64,000 bases of DNA from Bugula neritina (lineage: Eukaryota > Animalia > Bryozoa). Each line of letters opens with the position of its first letter. Within the stretch, counting starts at the first letter, position 1. Location of the stretch: NCBI GenBank assembly GCA_964035545.1, contig OZ037771.1, forward strand, positions 9,417,408 through 9,481,407. The letters are read 5' to 3'. Below are positions 12,501-25,153 of the stretch, in pieces. The translations under genes were made by a program, and so were the position numbers. The notes beneath the pieces are model-generated. The model did no database searches. It was not told the origin of the DNA and saw nothing but the letters and a program-made list of their open reading frames with translations.

Positions 12501-13100
12501 TAGCAGTAACTGTAATTACTAAGAGTAAGACTAAGAGTAAGTATAATAGTAATACTTATACTAATAGTTCTACTTTTACACTTACAGCCATACTAATACT
12601 TATAGTTATACTAAATGTAATAGTAATACTAATAGTAATACTAATAGTAAATAATAATATTATAATTATTATTAATATTATAAATGTTAAAATAATTTGA
12701 TAAATTTTAAAATTTAGATTATTAAATAATAACTAATCAACAATATTATTATTAATAATCATTACTATGTACTTGTAGTATCAGTATGTACCATATTTTA
12801 GAGTAAACTAAACTAAATTAGTTCAAAATTAATATTTATGTTTTAATTTATTGAATTCACATTGGACTTAGTCATACTTATTATTTATTAATATTAGTAT
12901 AACTATTAGTATTACAATTCAAATTATTCTTAAAGTTAAACTTAATGACTTAAACTTAAAGTTAAACTTAATCTGTTAACCAATGGCAATAGTATACTCA
13001 ATAAATGAATAATACTGATAGAGTGATAGTGATACTGATAGTGATACTGGATTCGCCGATACTCATATTCATATTGATATTACTCAGTCTTAGAGTATAG
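9600..13100. repeat. Very AT-rich degenerate hexamer-periodic tract (ACTAAT/AGTAAT/ACTCAT-like) with an internal ~150-bp duplication
   Basis: Recurrent 6-nt motifs; about 12300-12445 is duplicated at about 12458-12615; no splice-consistent ORFs. Confidence 0.55.
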
Positions 13101-14919
13101 AAAATTTGACACGGACAACTTTATACTGTGATACAAGTTATTTGTGTAAGTCTAACATGGTTCCTAATAACATATTTCCATTTTCCTTTGACCCTCTTAA
13201 GGCCAAATTTGATAAATCATCACAATTGGCATTGCCATTGCTGTTGCATTAGGCATTAGAGAAATGAAACCTTGACGTAGCCTGTGCCACTGTCGTAAAA
13301 TATAATAATAGCTTTTTGTCAATGCCGTAGAATCTAGGACGTTGTCACGCATCGCAAAGTTTAAACAACTTTTTGTTGGAGTTATCTTATCTAACACACT
13401 GCGTACAGTATAATGTTTTTAATTTGAAATAAATTTAGCTACCAATTTTTTTATAAAATATATAGCCTATAGATAGTATAAAAGTTATGTATTTTTTTAA
13501 AAACTACTTGCTTTCTTCAAAGCAACTTTTAATTTTGTTCTCAAATAAATGTAAAGCCGATTTATATTCAAGGTGAGTTATTTCCGCTGACAACAAAACA
13601 ATTCTTTTCATTTCAAGTTGATGTTATTGTGCTCAATAGGCAATAGCTCTTATGGCTTTACATTATAAGTTATATCAAGTCTGATATTCTGTAGTAGACG
13701 CATGTTTTAAATCATTCTTAGATAAGTTGTTGGATTGCTCAAAAGGCGAATGTTACCGTGTGCTATATAAGTATAACTATGAGTTAGAGTACGACGATTA
13801 CTGATTAGTGATTACTGATAAGTATTAGTATTACTAATTACTAATACAGTAATACTAATAGTAATAGTAATAGTGAGTAAAACTAATACTAATATTAATA
13901 GTAATTGATAATTTTGGGCGAGACTATGAGTATAAGTCATACTATGACTATCTCAAAGTCAATGTCAGCATGAGTATCTCTGACTCTTAGTCTTACCTTT
14001 TATCTCTTCTTCTTCTTCAGCATGTACTAAAACACAGTGTAAACGGTACATCTCAATATTTTAAATCCTTATCCAGTATGTTATTAAACTATTATAATTT
14101 AGAGGTCATCTCTGTGACCGTAGCATAGCTTTAGCTTTGGTTTCACGAACTGTCTTTGGTAAGAAATTGTTATAGTACACTGATATCTTAGCATATTGAT
14201 ATATCGTGGGAGGATCTCTCCGAGACACTGCTACCTCTTGTATCGATTGGAAATATTCGTTAACCTTGACCAGTTTGTTGAGTTTGATTTTTTTGGTTGC
14301 TATGAAAACTCTTTTAGCTTATGTAGGTCAAGTTGAGAAGTTATTAGAAAAGTTTTTAATTTAATAACCTGCATTAATATTGAATGAGTTTTTTAACAGT
14401 TTGATAATAACCGTATGTATGGTATACCTATAAAGCAATAGAATGATTATACACCTTTATTGACTGAGTTGTTGATATGCTGAGTTATTTTGTGATATAG
14501 TAACTAGAATAGTGTTTTTTCTTAGCAAAAGTAGACGCTAAAGTTAACTCCTGTCAGCCTCTAGTTTATATTTGAAATAAACTATCAACAGTAATTATTA
14601 ATGTACATTTTTTGCTTGTGGGTCTCGGCTAATTAAAAAAAATATTGAACCTCATCCACAATATTTTTCCGACTCTATAAATTTTAAACTAAATTTGGAA
14701 AATCAAAACGAAACATAAAAATGAAAATTTTTCTCTCTACACTATATTACGTGTTACTATTATCTATCTAATCATAATTATTTTAATATTTTCATTTGTG
14801 TTACTATTATATTTTTATATGATGAAAATGAATGCAAATGGCTTATTCAATTTCAATTTTAATTTTTTCAATAACGTTTCAACCAATTTTATTAATAACT
14901 AGGTTTGCGAATGTCATAT

Positions 14920-15136
14920 GGGAGCAGCCGTGGTCTAGGGGTTAGAGCGTTTGCCTAGTAAACACGAAGGTCATGGGTTCGAGCCCTGACAAAGGCCATT
15001 GGTGATGTTAGGAAGAGCATCCAGTCATAATTGCTCCTGTGCCTCATTTAATTAAGTCCTTAGCCCGCTTTAACAAAAACCCTTTCTATCAGGGGTTTCT
15101 CACAGGGATAGTGACTATAAACTTTCGTGAGTTTTT
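14920..15136 (+). mobile_element. tRNA-derived SINE, full length with TSD
   Basis: A box TGGTCTAGGGG, B box GGTTCGAGCCC, T-rich tail; flanking ttgc(g/t)aatgtcatat duplication; other copies at 48162 and about 29960-30155. Confidence 0.85.
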
Positions 15137-15450
15137 TTGCTAATGTCATATGTATGCATAATATACTAGTATCTCAGCATAAAGATGTTGGTCTTTTAAT
15201 TAGTTAAACTGAAGTTTGAAAGATAGAGATATTCACTACCAAATAATTTCAATGCAATGTTATAAACATTGTAAAGCTCTGGAGATATACTTTTCATAAG
15301 AAATAAAGGCTACTTAAGAAAATTGTGATACCAAAACTTATTGTTAATGTACTAAAATTTGTTCTAGATTTTCTATAACAACTGGAATGCTATTTTGCTA
15401 GCCATTTATTGAAGTCTGAAAATATCCTTCCCTGAAGTCTAACTTTCAGT

Positions 15451-18400
15451 ATGGGTTAGTAACTTAGGTTTTATTCTATTCAATATTTATTTTCATCGTG
15501 CAGCATTTTCCAAAATTTTATATCAACAAAAATTACCGAGTACATTAACAAAAATATGTGCTTTGTTTAGTTTTATTTCAATGTCATTGTTAAAGCTTGT
15601 TTTTGTTTGAATTTATATCAAAAGTGGTGAGAATAGAATGTGCCATTAAGAATTACCACTGGGGTAAATTTGGTTGTGATAGCAAAGTGGCTCAGTTTGC
15701 TAAATCTAATGTCCCAGAGTTTACTGTTGAAGAAGGAAAGCCCTATGCAGAGGTAAGTTTTAGCTTTGCATTCATTGACTTTCACCAAAGTGTTTTTACA
15801 TAACTATTTATATCAACTAAAAGAAACTTTACAAATAAAACTTTGAGCATTTGCAGTGTTGAAAATGATTACATGGTGTGTTTGTTGAACTCTATTTGAC
15901 TTAAGAGAATTCACAATTAGGCTTTTTGTATTTTTGAGTTGTTGTTGTAAATCAGGAGTGTCCAATTTTTTCGGAGCAAGGGCCGCTCAAATGGAATATT
16001 TTATAGCAAGGGCCACATTGCAAACTAGCTTAAACCGTGGGCCACAGCATCAGTATTTTTCAAAGTTCTTCATTCACAATTTCCATGAATCATTACTTAA
16101 TGAAGTCCCAATTACTCCTGCAAATTGCATGTATTGCTGAATGTATATAAATAAGACATTAAAAAGGTGTTTTCCCACTGTATTTGATATATATGTGCAA
16201 AATAATTTTATATGTTATGCCTTTTAGGGCCACATAAATGTAAGCTGATGGGCACATCCAGCCTCAGGGCCACCTGTTAGACAGCCCTGGTGTAAATGTT
16301 TGCTTATATTACGTTGTTTAGCTGTGGATGGGCACGTTACCCACTGGGCCCTCAGTTATCAAGTCTAGTGGTATGCTGTTGTCAGACTACATCAGGAAGA
16401 ATCCAGTATGCTTGGGATCAACTATATTAGATCAGTTCCAGGAGCAGCTTCCTTTTCTCTTCAAAGTCCTGTCTGTAAATAAGTCTCTTTCTATTCAAGC
16501 CCACCCAAACAAGGTATATATTATTTTCAAGGTTCTATTAGTATGTCATGGTGTGTCAAATTGCTAGACAGGGTAAAACTCACTTCAGTTTAATGTTGTA
16601 TCTTTTGATTCATTGAATAGTTATTTAGACTAGTTGTAATGAATGCACCTAAGCTTATAATAATAGAAAAAGGCTTCAATATTATCATTAAGAAATGAAG
16701 GTTTGCTGAATATGCTACGTATTATGCCATGGCTGAAATAAATATGATAACATACATGCCTCATTGTGTTGAATGGAGTTTATTTTACAATAAAAGAGTA
16801 GTAAATTTTGTGTGCTTTGTTTTACATCTAGTGTTGGAGTTTTTTTGATAAAATTTTCCAATAAATTTTGTATTAATTCATGCTTCATATGTATAGAAGC
16901 ATGCAGAAGAGTTGAATAGAAAGTGTCCTGAAAAATATGGGGATCCAAACCACAAGCCAGAAATGGCTTTGGCTCTAACTGATTTCGAAGGAATGTGTGG
17001 ATTTCGACCATTCTCCCAATTTCAAGCATTTGTTCGAGGTTTGTAGAGTTTCTTTTAAATTTTATTGAAACTATTTGAATATAATTTTTTAATATGTTTT
17101 GTTTTCGCTTACTAAAAGTTGAACGTACATTGTATTGTCTGTTATGTAAATGATGATATTAGCCTACTTGCGTGTTAGAATTCTCTTGCATATGATAGGT
17201 GTTGAGGATTTGTCTGTCTGTATATGATAGGTGTTGAGGAGTTGTCTGTCTGTATATAATAGGTGTTGAGGAGTTGTCTGTCTGTATATGATAGGTGTTC
17301 TGGAGTTGTCTGTCTGTATATGATAGGTGTTGAGGAGTTGTCTGTCTGTATATGATAGGTGTTAAGGAGTTGTCTGTCTGTATATGATAGGTGTTGAGGA
17401 GTTATCTGTCTGTATATGATAGGTGTTGAGGAGTTGTCTGTCTGTATATGATAGGTGTTGAGGAGTTGTCTGCTGTCATTGGAGAAGATGCTGTTAAAAA
17501 AGTTAATAACACTCAACCTGCTGACTTGGAAGGTGTAAAGTCTGCCATTAAGCAATCGTTTACATGTTTAATGAGGTGCGAGTCGAGTAGAATAGAGGAA
17601 CAAATCGCCAAGCTAGTTGGTAGACTGACTGATATGTCTACTGATATACCCTGTAAGTTATTGCACTACTGATATACTCTGTGAGTCATTACACTACTGA
17701 TATACTCTGTGAGTCATTACACTACTGATATACTCTGTAAGTCATTACACTACTGATATACTCTGTGACTGATATATAACAAATTATATGTGTTATTAAA
17801 GCCACAAACTGTAATATCTGTGCACCTATCTCCACTTTGTCCTGTTCGGGTAGCGGGTGGCTGCCGGAGGCCTAGCTCAATTAGGCTTCTCCACCTAACC
17901 CTGTCTTGAGCGTCTTCTTTGTTGGGGGAACAGGATTGGAGGTCTTTTCTGATTGTATCCTGCCATCTGTGCTTTGAGCGTCCCCGGTTTCTCTTTCCTG
18001 CAACTTTCATCTCATGCACTCTTCTGATATCATCCTCTTTCTATCTTCTGCATATATATATGTCCAAACCACTGAAACTTTCTTCTTCACCTCATCAGTT
18101 CTGACACATTCATTACAAACAACTGTAATATGTTACTCTTTTAATCTGCTATATTGTTTGTATTTGAATTTGCAGGTATAGATGACTCCCTGCGAGAGCT
18201 TATTTTCAGACTAAATGAGCAATTTCCTGGTGACGTGGGGATATTTTCAGCATTTTTTCTCAATCACATGAAGTTGAAGCCTGGAGAAGCCATGTTTTTA
18301 GCAGCTAATTTGCCCCATGCCTACTTGAGTGGAGGTATGTCACACATGCTATTATGCATTGTATATTATGATTATATATTATAATACTATTGCAATAATG

Positions 18401-19491
18401 CATTTTATATGTGCACAATAACATACCTTAAAGTTCATAATAAACCACCACAACTAAGATACAGCTTTTTCTTGACATAAAAGCTGTGTAGAAGTTAAAT
18501 CAATTTTTTTTACAAATTTTTGTTCAACATCATAACTGTTGTTTGTTATACAAACCGGGGTGATTTTTATAAGCCCTATTGTTTAGAATAGTCGTAGGAA
18601 TTGTATACCTTGAAAAGTGGCAGTGTGTGATGTTGTTTCAGACTGCATAGAATGCATGGCCAAGTCAGACAATGTTGTCCGAGCTGGACTCACTCCTAAG
18701 TTCAAGGACGTAGATACTCTAGTGGAGATGCTAGACTATACTCCTAAGGCTATGGAGGAGAATATCATGAGTTATACACAGAGAGAAGATGACTCCAATG
18801 TTAAAGTGTTCCAGCCTCCGGTCCCTGACTTTGCTGTGCATAGTATCCAGGTTAGAGAGACAACTCCTATGAATAACTGTTGGAGTAGCCGACTATACAG
18901 CACTAAGCACTCTGCTGTTTCTAAACTTGTTTAATTCATTTAGTAGTTGATGATATTTCATAATTTATTATTCATGAGTGAATTGTAAATAATGACATCA
19001 CATTGAGTTCTATGAAAAGTAGTAGTTGCCCACTCATCAACAAATTAGGCTTACTCTCTGTGTTAGAAGGTAAAAATGGCACGAAAAGATAAAGTTTAAG
19101 GATTTTCGGTCACTAGCACTTTTTGCATCAGGGAGCTATGCATTTCATGTATGTACTTCTAGTATGAAGTTGTGTACAAATAGCAATAAGTAAATTTTAA
19201 CATATGGAAGGCCAATCATCACAAACAAGCAATGGTAGGTGGTAAATGACTTGTATTTGAAGGGTTTATATCAACAATTCTCTGTTTCAGATCCCTGCCC
19301 ATCAGCTATATAACTTAACTACAGAAAACAGTGCTAGTATCGTCATAGCAACTGCGGGAGAAGGTCAAGTTCCAAGTATTGGTGAAATAAATGCAGGCCA
19401 CACCATGTTCATACCTGCTAGAGAAGGAGTGAGTATTCAGACGAACTCTGATATGACCCTCTACCGTGCCCTGTGTCTTCCGCAGATCTGA
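15451..19491 (+). CDS. MPI: Mannose-6-phosphate isomerase (about 410 aa). Exons 15451-15454, 15625-15752, 16322-16513, 16897-17038, 17455-17652, 18176-18334, 18642-18850, 19291-19491
   Basis: NYHWGK, KPYAELWMGT, LPFLFKVLSV..SLSIQAHP, DPNHKPEMA, PHAYLSGDCIECMA.SDNVVRAGLTPK; zinc ligands present; the 4-nt first coding exon (ATGG|gttagt) is the least certain part. Confidence 0.96.
15953..16289. mobile_element. Non-autonomous hAT-type MITE
   Basis: CAGG(A/G)-GTCC/GACAGCCCTG termini, 8-bp TSD ttgtaaat/gtgtaaat; homologous to 28705-29034. Confidence 0.8.
17189..17472 (+). repeat. 32-bp minisatellite (9 copies) spanning the MPI intron 4/exon 5 acceptor
   Basis: Unit tatgatag|gtgttgaggagttgtctgtctgta; exon-like starts at 17199, 17231, 17263, 17295, 17327, 17359, 17391, 17423, 17455. 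Confidence 0.95.
17638..17770 (+). repeat. 28-bp tandem repeat (about 5 copies) spanning the MPI exon 5 donor
   Basis: Unit ctactgatatactct|gtgagtcattaca; GT at 17653, 17681, 17709, 17737, 17765. Confidence 0.9.
17822..18105 (-). mobile_element. 3' end of an RTE-type LINE in MPI intron 5
   Basis: MKVAGKRNRGRSKHRWQDTIRKDL...EDAQDRVRWRSLI is the typical RTE C-terminal motif. Confidence 0.85.
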
Positions 19492-20275
19492 AATCCATTC
19501 GGTAAAGGAGTTATCTGTCCCGGTGCTCCTCATCACAATACCATGCACCTCACCTTGCATCTTTACAATGTCCTAAACGGTTTAGTGGGTTACATTAATA
19601 GACAATCAGACTTTTGATACTTACCTGCATTATGTCACATCATAGGGTTTGACTGTGTGACTTTATGACTCAATATATTTATTTTCTTGGTTTTCTTTTC
19701 TAATAAGAAGGTGCTCAGAACATTACCACTATGAGATTGCTGTATCTACCAACCCTTTCAGTCATTGTCTGTACTGCTATATATGTACTGTAATCTACTT
19801 TATTCTCTAGTAGTGGGCTATACTATGCCATCATATTATATGCAGCATGTCCTATGTAGTGCAATGCATCATGTTTATTTACATATTATGTATACTAGTA
19901 TTTACATTTATAGTGTTAGAATTCTTTGATCTATTGACGTATTAGTTCTGTGCACAAAAAAAATTCGCAACAGCTGTTTGCATAGTTATTAGTACTTTAT
20001 TAGTTGAAGTAATATAGATTATAAACTAAGCTTACTAACAATAAGGGGGATAACTTGCTGATCTAATGCCTACTCATGTTTAACTATATCAGTTATTCTT
20101 GTTTTAAACATACTCGCTTGTATATGATTTATAATAAAAAATTTTATACCAACTCAATGTTTCTAGGATTTACTGAAAATGCAGTAATAAATTAGGATAT
20201 TATATTTTTTATTTTTAAAATAAACCATGATGATAATTTTTTTACTAGTCTTAATATATTTATTCTATTCACTAA

Positions 20276-22447
20276 TCAGTGTAATGTAGTATATCCAGCT
20301 GACAAGACTTTAACATAGCCATAATCTGACTTCCCATTTCCCTCTTTACCTGCTCTACCTTTTTCATACAGTTTGTGCACCATCGAACCTGTAAGCATTA
20401 TACAGATAGTAAAACAGTTAGGACAAAACTTTGTTGTGTCACTTCATAGAAAACCGAGTCATTTATCATCCTATATCACTTCATCTTCACTAAAAATTGG
20501 AAGAAAAAGTAAATGCAGCATACCTTTGTAAATATGAGGCTTTTTGGTATTTTTTGGTTTGTCTGGTTTTGAGTAAGATGCCAGTCGAAGAGTTCCTATT
20601 GGCTGATCTAAACCTATATGGTCATCATCAGCCAATGACATGCTTAGTCTTGACAACAATGCTTCCTTGTCAAATCGAATAGCTGGATGTTGATGGGCCT
20701 CTTCCCATGTGGCTTGTCTAAATATAGCAGGCAGGTGAGTTTATATTATTTCCTTTACTATTTACATGTGTTGTGTAGTGTCTACAGTAGGTACTTTACA
20801 GTAAGTATGCATGTACCTTTACAGTATGTGGCCCTGTAGTAAGTGTTTTGCAATAAGTTTTATTAGAGTAAGTATCTTTACAGTAAATACAAATTTATAT
20901 TATTTTGCCAACATTGACAGGAAGGAAGCAATTTTAGCACTGCGTGTTTAAGTAGACAACTTCAATACAATAATTATGTTTATATAATTCATGAGTCGCA
21001 CTCATACATTTATATAACATGTAGGATTTGTAGTATAAAGTTATACACACTATTGCCAAAGACGATACATAAGCTCTAACTTTTTACTAAAGTATATTTT
21101 GTATAGCCTATTTGTATTTACACTCTTAATATATAAATTTTACATGAACTAAGTCCTATGCAATCGTGTAGGAATTGATAAAACAACTCCTGGGACATAG
21201 CAATATAATTACAAGTTAGTCGATAATAATGTACTATTATGTTTATTAAAATAATTGAATGAGGGATTAAACACGTGTACCAGGATTTCGACTTAATCCT
21301 TGTTCAACAGTAGAGTGTGGAGAGAAAACTCCCAGCTGGCGCAACATAAATAAGTTTTATGGCTACTGTTTTCCAGTTTCTAACCATTGTAGGGGAGACA
21401 CACTTACCTGCTAAAAATGCTGTTAGTTGATTTCACGTGAGGCGTTATCCTAGGAAACTGTACATGACGAGCTGCGTTTCTGTTACAAGGCAGCTTGCTG
21501 ATTTGTATTGGCTCAAAGTACATGTTACCATTGTATCCCTTCCATGCCTAGTAAGTAGTGACCAGAAACAACAAAACTTACTGAATTCTGCCTGCCTATA
21601 TAACAGCAGTGATTGTGTAGTATTAGAGTATACAGCAATTCTATATAACTTTATGAATTTATACCATTAAAAGATATGTAACTCAATTAACAAAGGGTGG
21701 TCTCTGAAGGTAAGCAGCGATAGATTAGAGAAATTCTTCAGACTTCTCTGAAAATAAGACATCAATTAGCATGTACTTCTTACAATGTAGGCCTATTCTT
21801 AAAATGTTGCAAGTTTAGGCTTGAAGGAAAATAACTGAAAAAAGTCTTACATAATGTTGCTGATATATTAAACAACTAGAACTTGCTGTATTGTATTGGC
21901 TCACAGCATGTGTTGCTGTATTGTATTGGCTCACAGCATGTGTTGCTGATTTGTATTGGCTCACAGTATGTGTTGCTGTATTGTATTGGTTTACAGTATG
22001 TGTTGCTGTATTGTATTGGCTTACAGTATGTGTTGCTGGTTAGTATTGGCTTACAGTATGTGTTGCTGGTTAGTATTTACTCGTAGTATATAAAGTTACC
22101 ATTGTTTCATATCCATCCCACATGCCCTTCTACATTATCAAGTAGTAGAATGCTTCAAGGTACAAAATTTTTACATGAAATTTAAGGCTTCAACTTATGG
22201 TGTACAGTAATCTCACCTTTAGCGGCTGCAGGGGGCGTGGCTTATTCTGACTAAGGTAGACATACTTTATGAGAGACCGGCTTTTAGAACCTTTAAGGAT
22301 GGGAGACTCTCGAGTTTCAAAAAACGGAGTTTTTGGACGTTCCTTGCTTCCAGCCAAGACGGACAGAGGTGGAGCCGGAGCGGAGATCAAACGTCTATTT
22401 TTAATATCTTGCACAGTTGCCTTTTTATGTGAGCTGAAATATTGCAT
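20276..22447 (-). CDS. Uncharacterised basic protein, 225 aa. Exons 22447-22217, 21547-21408, 20717-20524, 20388-20276
   Basis: Four GT-AG exons join in phase (0, 2, 1) into a 678-nt ORF with an in-frame stop upstream of the ATG; no recognisable domain. Confidence 0.75.
21880..22080. repeat. 30-bp minisatellite (about 6.5 copies)
   Basis: Unit ttgctgtattgtattggctcacagtatgtg. Confidence 0.9.
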
Positions 22448-22819
22448 GCCATCTATTCATCAAACAGCAAACTTGTAGTTCTAGAGAGATTATACCAAAA
22501 TTAAACATAATTTCTTCATAAGACAAGATATAATTGTAACACATGCTTATTTTTATAATTATGTTCTTTTAAGGGTTGTATCTATGCTGTAATCATTTTA
22601 ATAGTTTTGAGGCTTTGTATTCTTTTTGAGACTATATCAAAATGGCAGCCTCTCATGAGATTTACTCACATTATAAACAGAGGCTTTTACAAGTGAAGCT
22701 ATTAAACCAAGTAGTATTTATAGGAGAATAAAACGTTACTAATATAATGACATTTGTTTAAACTAAAACAGAGTTTACAAATGGGCTAACAGTTTTATGA
22801 AAGGAAGGACTCTGTAGAG

Positions 22820-23071
22820 CAGAGCTGTCCAACAAGCGCCCCAGGGCCGATGCAGCCCCCAGCCCTAATTTATGTGGCCCCAGAAAGTATTAGAAGGTAA
22901 AATTATTTGTCTAATAATTTTGCTAGCTAGTCTGCAACGCCAGTAGTCAGATGATTACCGATCTCATTTTAGAGAAATTCTCATCTGAAAGACAATATTT
23001 TTAAGCCCTCTGAAACCTTATTTCTATTATTTGAATATTATGTTATTGAGTTAGACACATGGTCTCTAATT
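22820..23071. mobile_element. Degenerate hAT MITE copy, opposite orientation
   Basis: cagagctgtccaac...gggccg..tgcagcccccagcc...atttatgtggccc is the reverse complement of the MITE 3' end. Confidence 0.55.
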
Positions 23072-23258
23072 ATTGGGTTTATTTAGCAACCGTGCAATTC
23101 AGAAACAGTTATTTGCAGTGATAGAAAGTTGTAGGAAGGTTGATGGTGAAGGAAGAGCTCTTAACAAGAATGGGAAACTTCAGTATTTTATCAAATATTG
23201 TTATTTTATTCAGTGCAGTCAAATAATTGCAGCACTAACAGAATATAGCATTGGAACT

Positions 23259-23396
23259 CACACACACGCACACACACGCACGCACACGTATGCACACGCA
23301 CGCACACGCACGCACACGTACACGCACACACACGCACACACACGCACGCACGCACACGCACGCACACGCACGCACACGCACACACACGCACACACA
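23259..23396. repeat. (CA)/(CACG) microsatellite
   Basis: Direct inspection. Confidence 0.95.
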
Positions 23397-24568
23397 GGTA
23401 CAAGCTTTACTTTAGAGAACATACATTGCATTTTGGATTTATTGTTTTGTCAAGCACTAACTTTATAAATTATATTTTTTTGAGCTGTCTATAATGCATG
23501 TGGTGTTATACAAATTTCAGCCATATAGTCAACAAACAGTATTTTAATGTAATTGTTCTTACCTAAGAATGCTGTAGTACAGTTTCACTACACTTTGATC
23601 AAGCTCATTATTTCTACCTATAGTATTTGCTGTAGTAGCACTAGCCAATTCTGTGACACTCTTGCTCAGGTGCTTTTCATGATCACCCAGGAAGTTTTCT
23701 GCAACTTGCTGGCTTGAAGCTGCCAACATTTTCAGCATTTAGGTTAACTATATGGCTAGGTAACAAATAGAAGGTTTAGGGGTGCTCTAGTTGATGAGAC
23801 TGTTGAAGTTTGTATATACCCGGTTTCTACTGGAAACTACCAAACACAGCATGCACAGGCTGTGTTTATGCTGTATACACAGGCATGTGCTCAGTTGTAT
23901 GGGACAGCTTTGTGTTAAGTGTTTGAGAATACAAACAGCAAAGTAGTCTGTTTGTATATAAGAGCAGCATTTGAAAGAGCAAATCTGCCAGATATTATAT
24001 TAGATTAGTATAGATATATTTACATTATTTGCATGTTGAAATGAATGAGAAGGAGAGCTATTGATTATGGCACAGAGTAACTCAGATTCATACAATTATA
24101 ATAAAGTGTTCAAAACACAGTGTATTGTGTATGCATGCTATTTAATGATTACCTAAGAATAATTATTGTCAGGAATATAATATAGTCTCATTATTAATTA
24201 TTATAATTAGTTCCAAGAACAAACATTACTTCATGACTTTTGATAAAAGTATATTCTTTACTCTATGCAACTGAACAGCAAAAACCAAGCATTTCTTATC
24301 TGATCTATAACATTTCAAAGCTAATGTCTATACTCTATAGCATTGATGCAAGTTAACATGGTTCATTTACGTATATACAGATACACATAAGTAATTATAT
24401 TGAAAAACTCATGCATACATTCATACACACATGGGTGCTCATGTTTTATAGTTCACCACTAAAAGAGCTCAATGCAGAGGCAGAGCAAAGTGAATATAAA
24501 GTTGGACAGTACACTAAAATTTTGATCACATTTTATATCATTTTGATCACATTTTATATCATACTCTC

Positions 24569-24739
<171 letters not shown>

Positions 24740-25153
24740 CATTTATATTAAAATTTAAAATATTTTGCAAACAATCATTTTAGAAAGGTTTAGTTGACTA
24801 TTCACTGCATGATCCACAAGTTGGCGGAATCTAGAAAGCTAGTCTCAATACTTCACATTAAGGTGGACACCTGAAGGTGGTGCTTGTGGCATCTGTGCAT
24901 ACTCAGGGCATCTCTGGCCAACCAACTGTGATCTAATTAGGTGTCCCTATATCAATATATGACTCCTTCAGGTTTTCATCTAATCTAATTAATAGTGTTG
25001 AATTGAAACCCTTCTCCAACTGCCACTTCATTTGAATAGCCTATCTGCTGTATATTAATTAACTCCTTTAATCAATAGATTAGAACTTCACTAAACACCA
25101 ACAGGCCATCAAACAGTTCAAACCTGACCTCTTATACATACCAGTGTACAGGC

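Noticed and set aside
14920-14995. tRNA gene
   Set aside because: Has A and B boxes but poor acceptor-stem pairing, continues into a shared body with tail and TSD, and is multi-copy: a SINE head
17175-17555. 126-aa minus-strand ORF and CRISPR-like look of the 32-bp array
   Set aside because: Contiguous tandem units without unique spacers, in eukaryotic DNA; the ORF is a repeat translation
22226-22240. CTCF-like CTGCAGGGGGCG
   Set aside because: Lies within the coding exon (KPRPLQP) and is explained by codons
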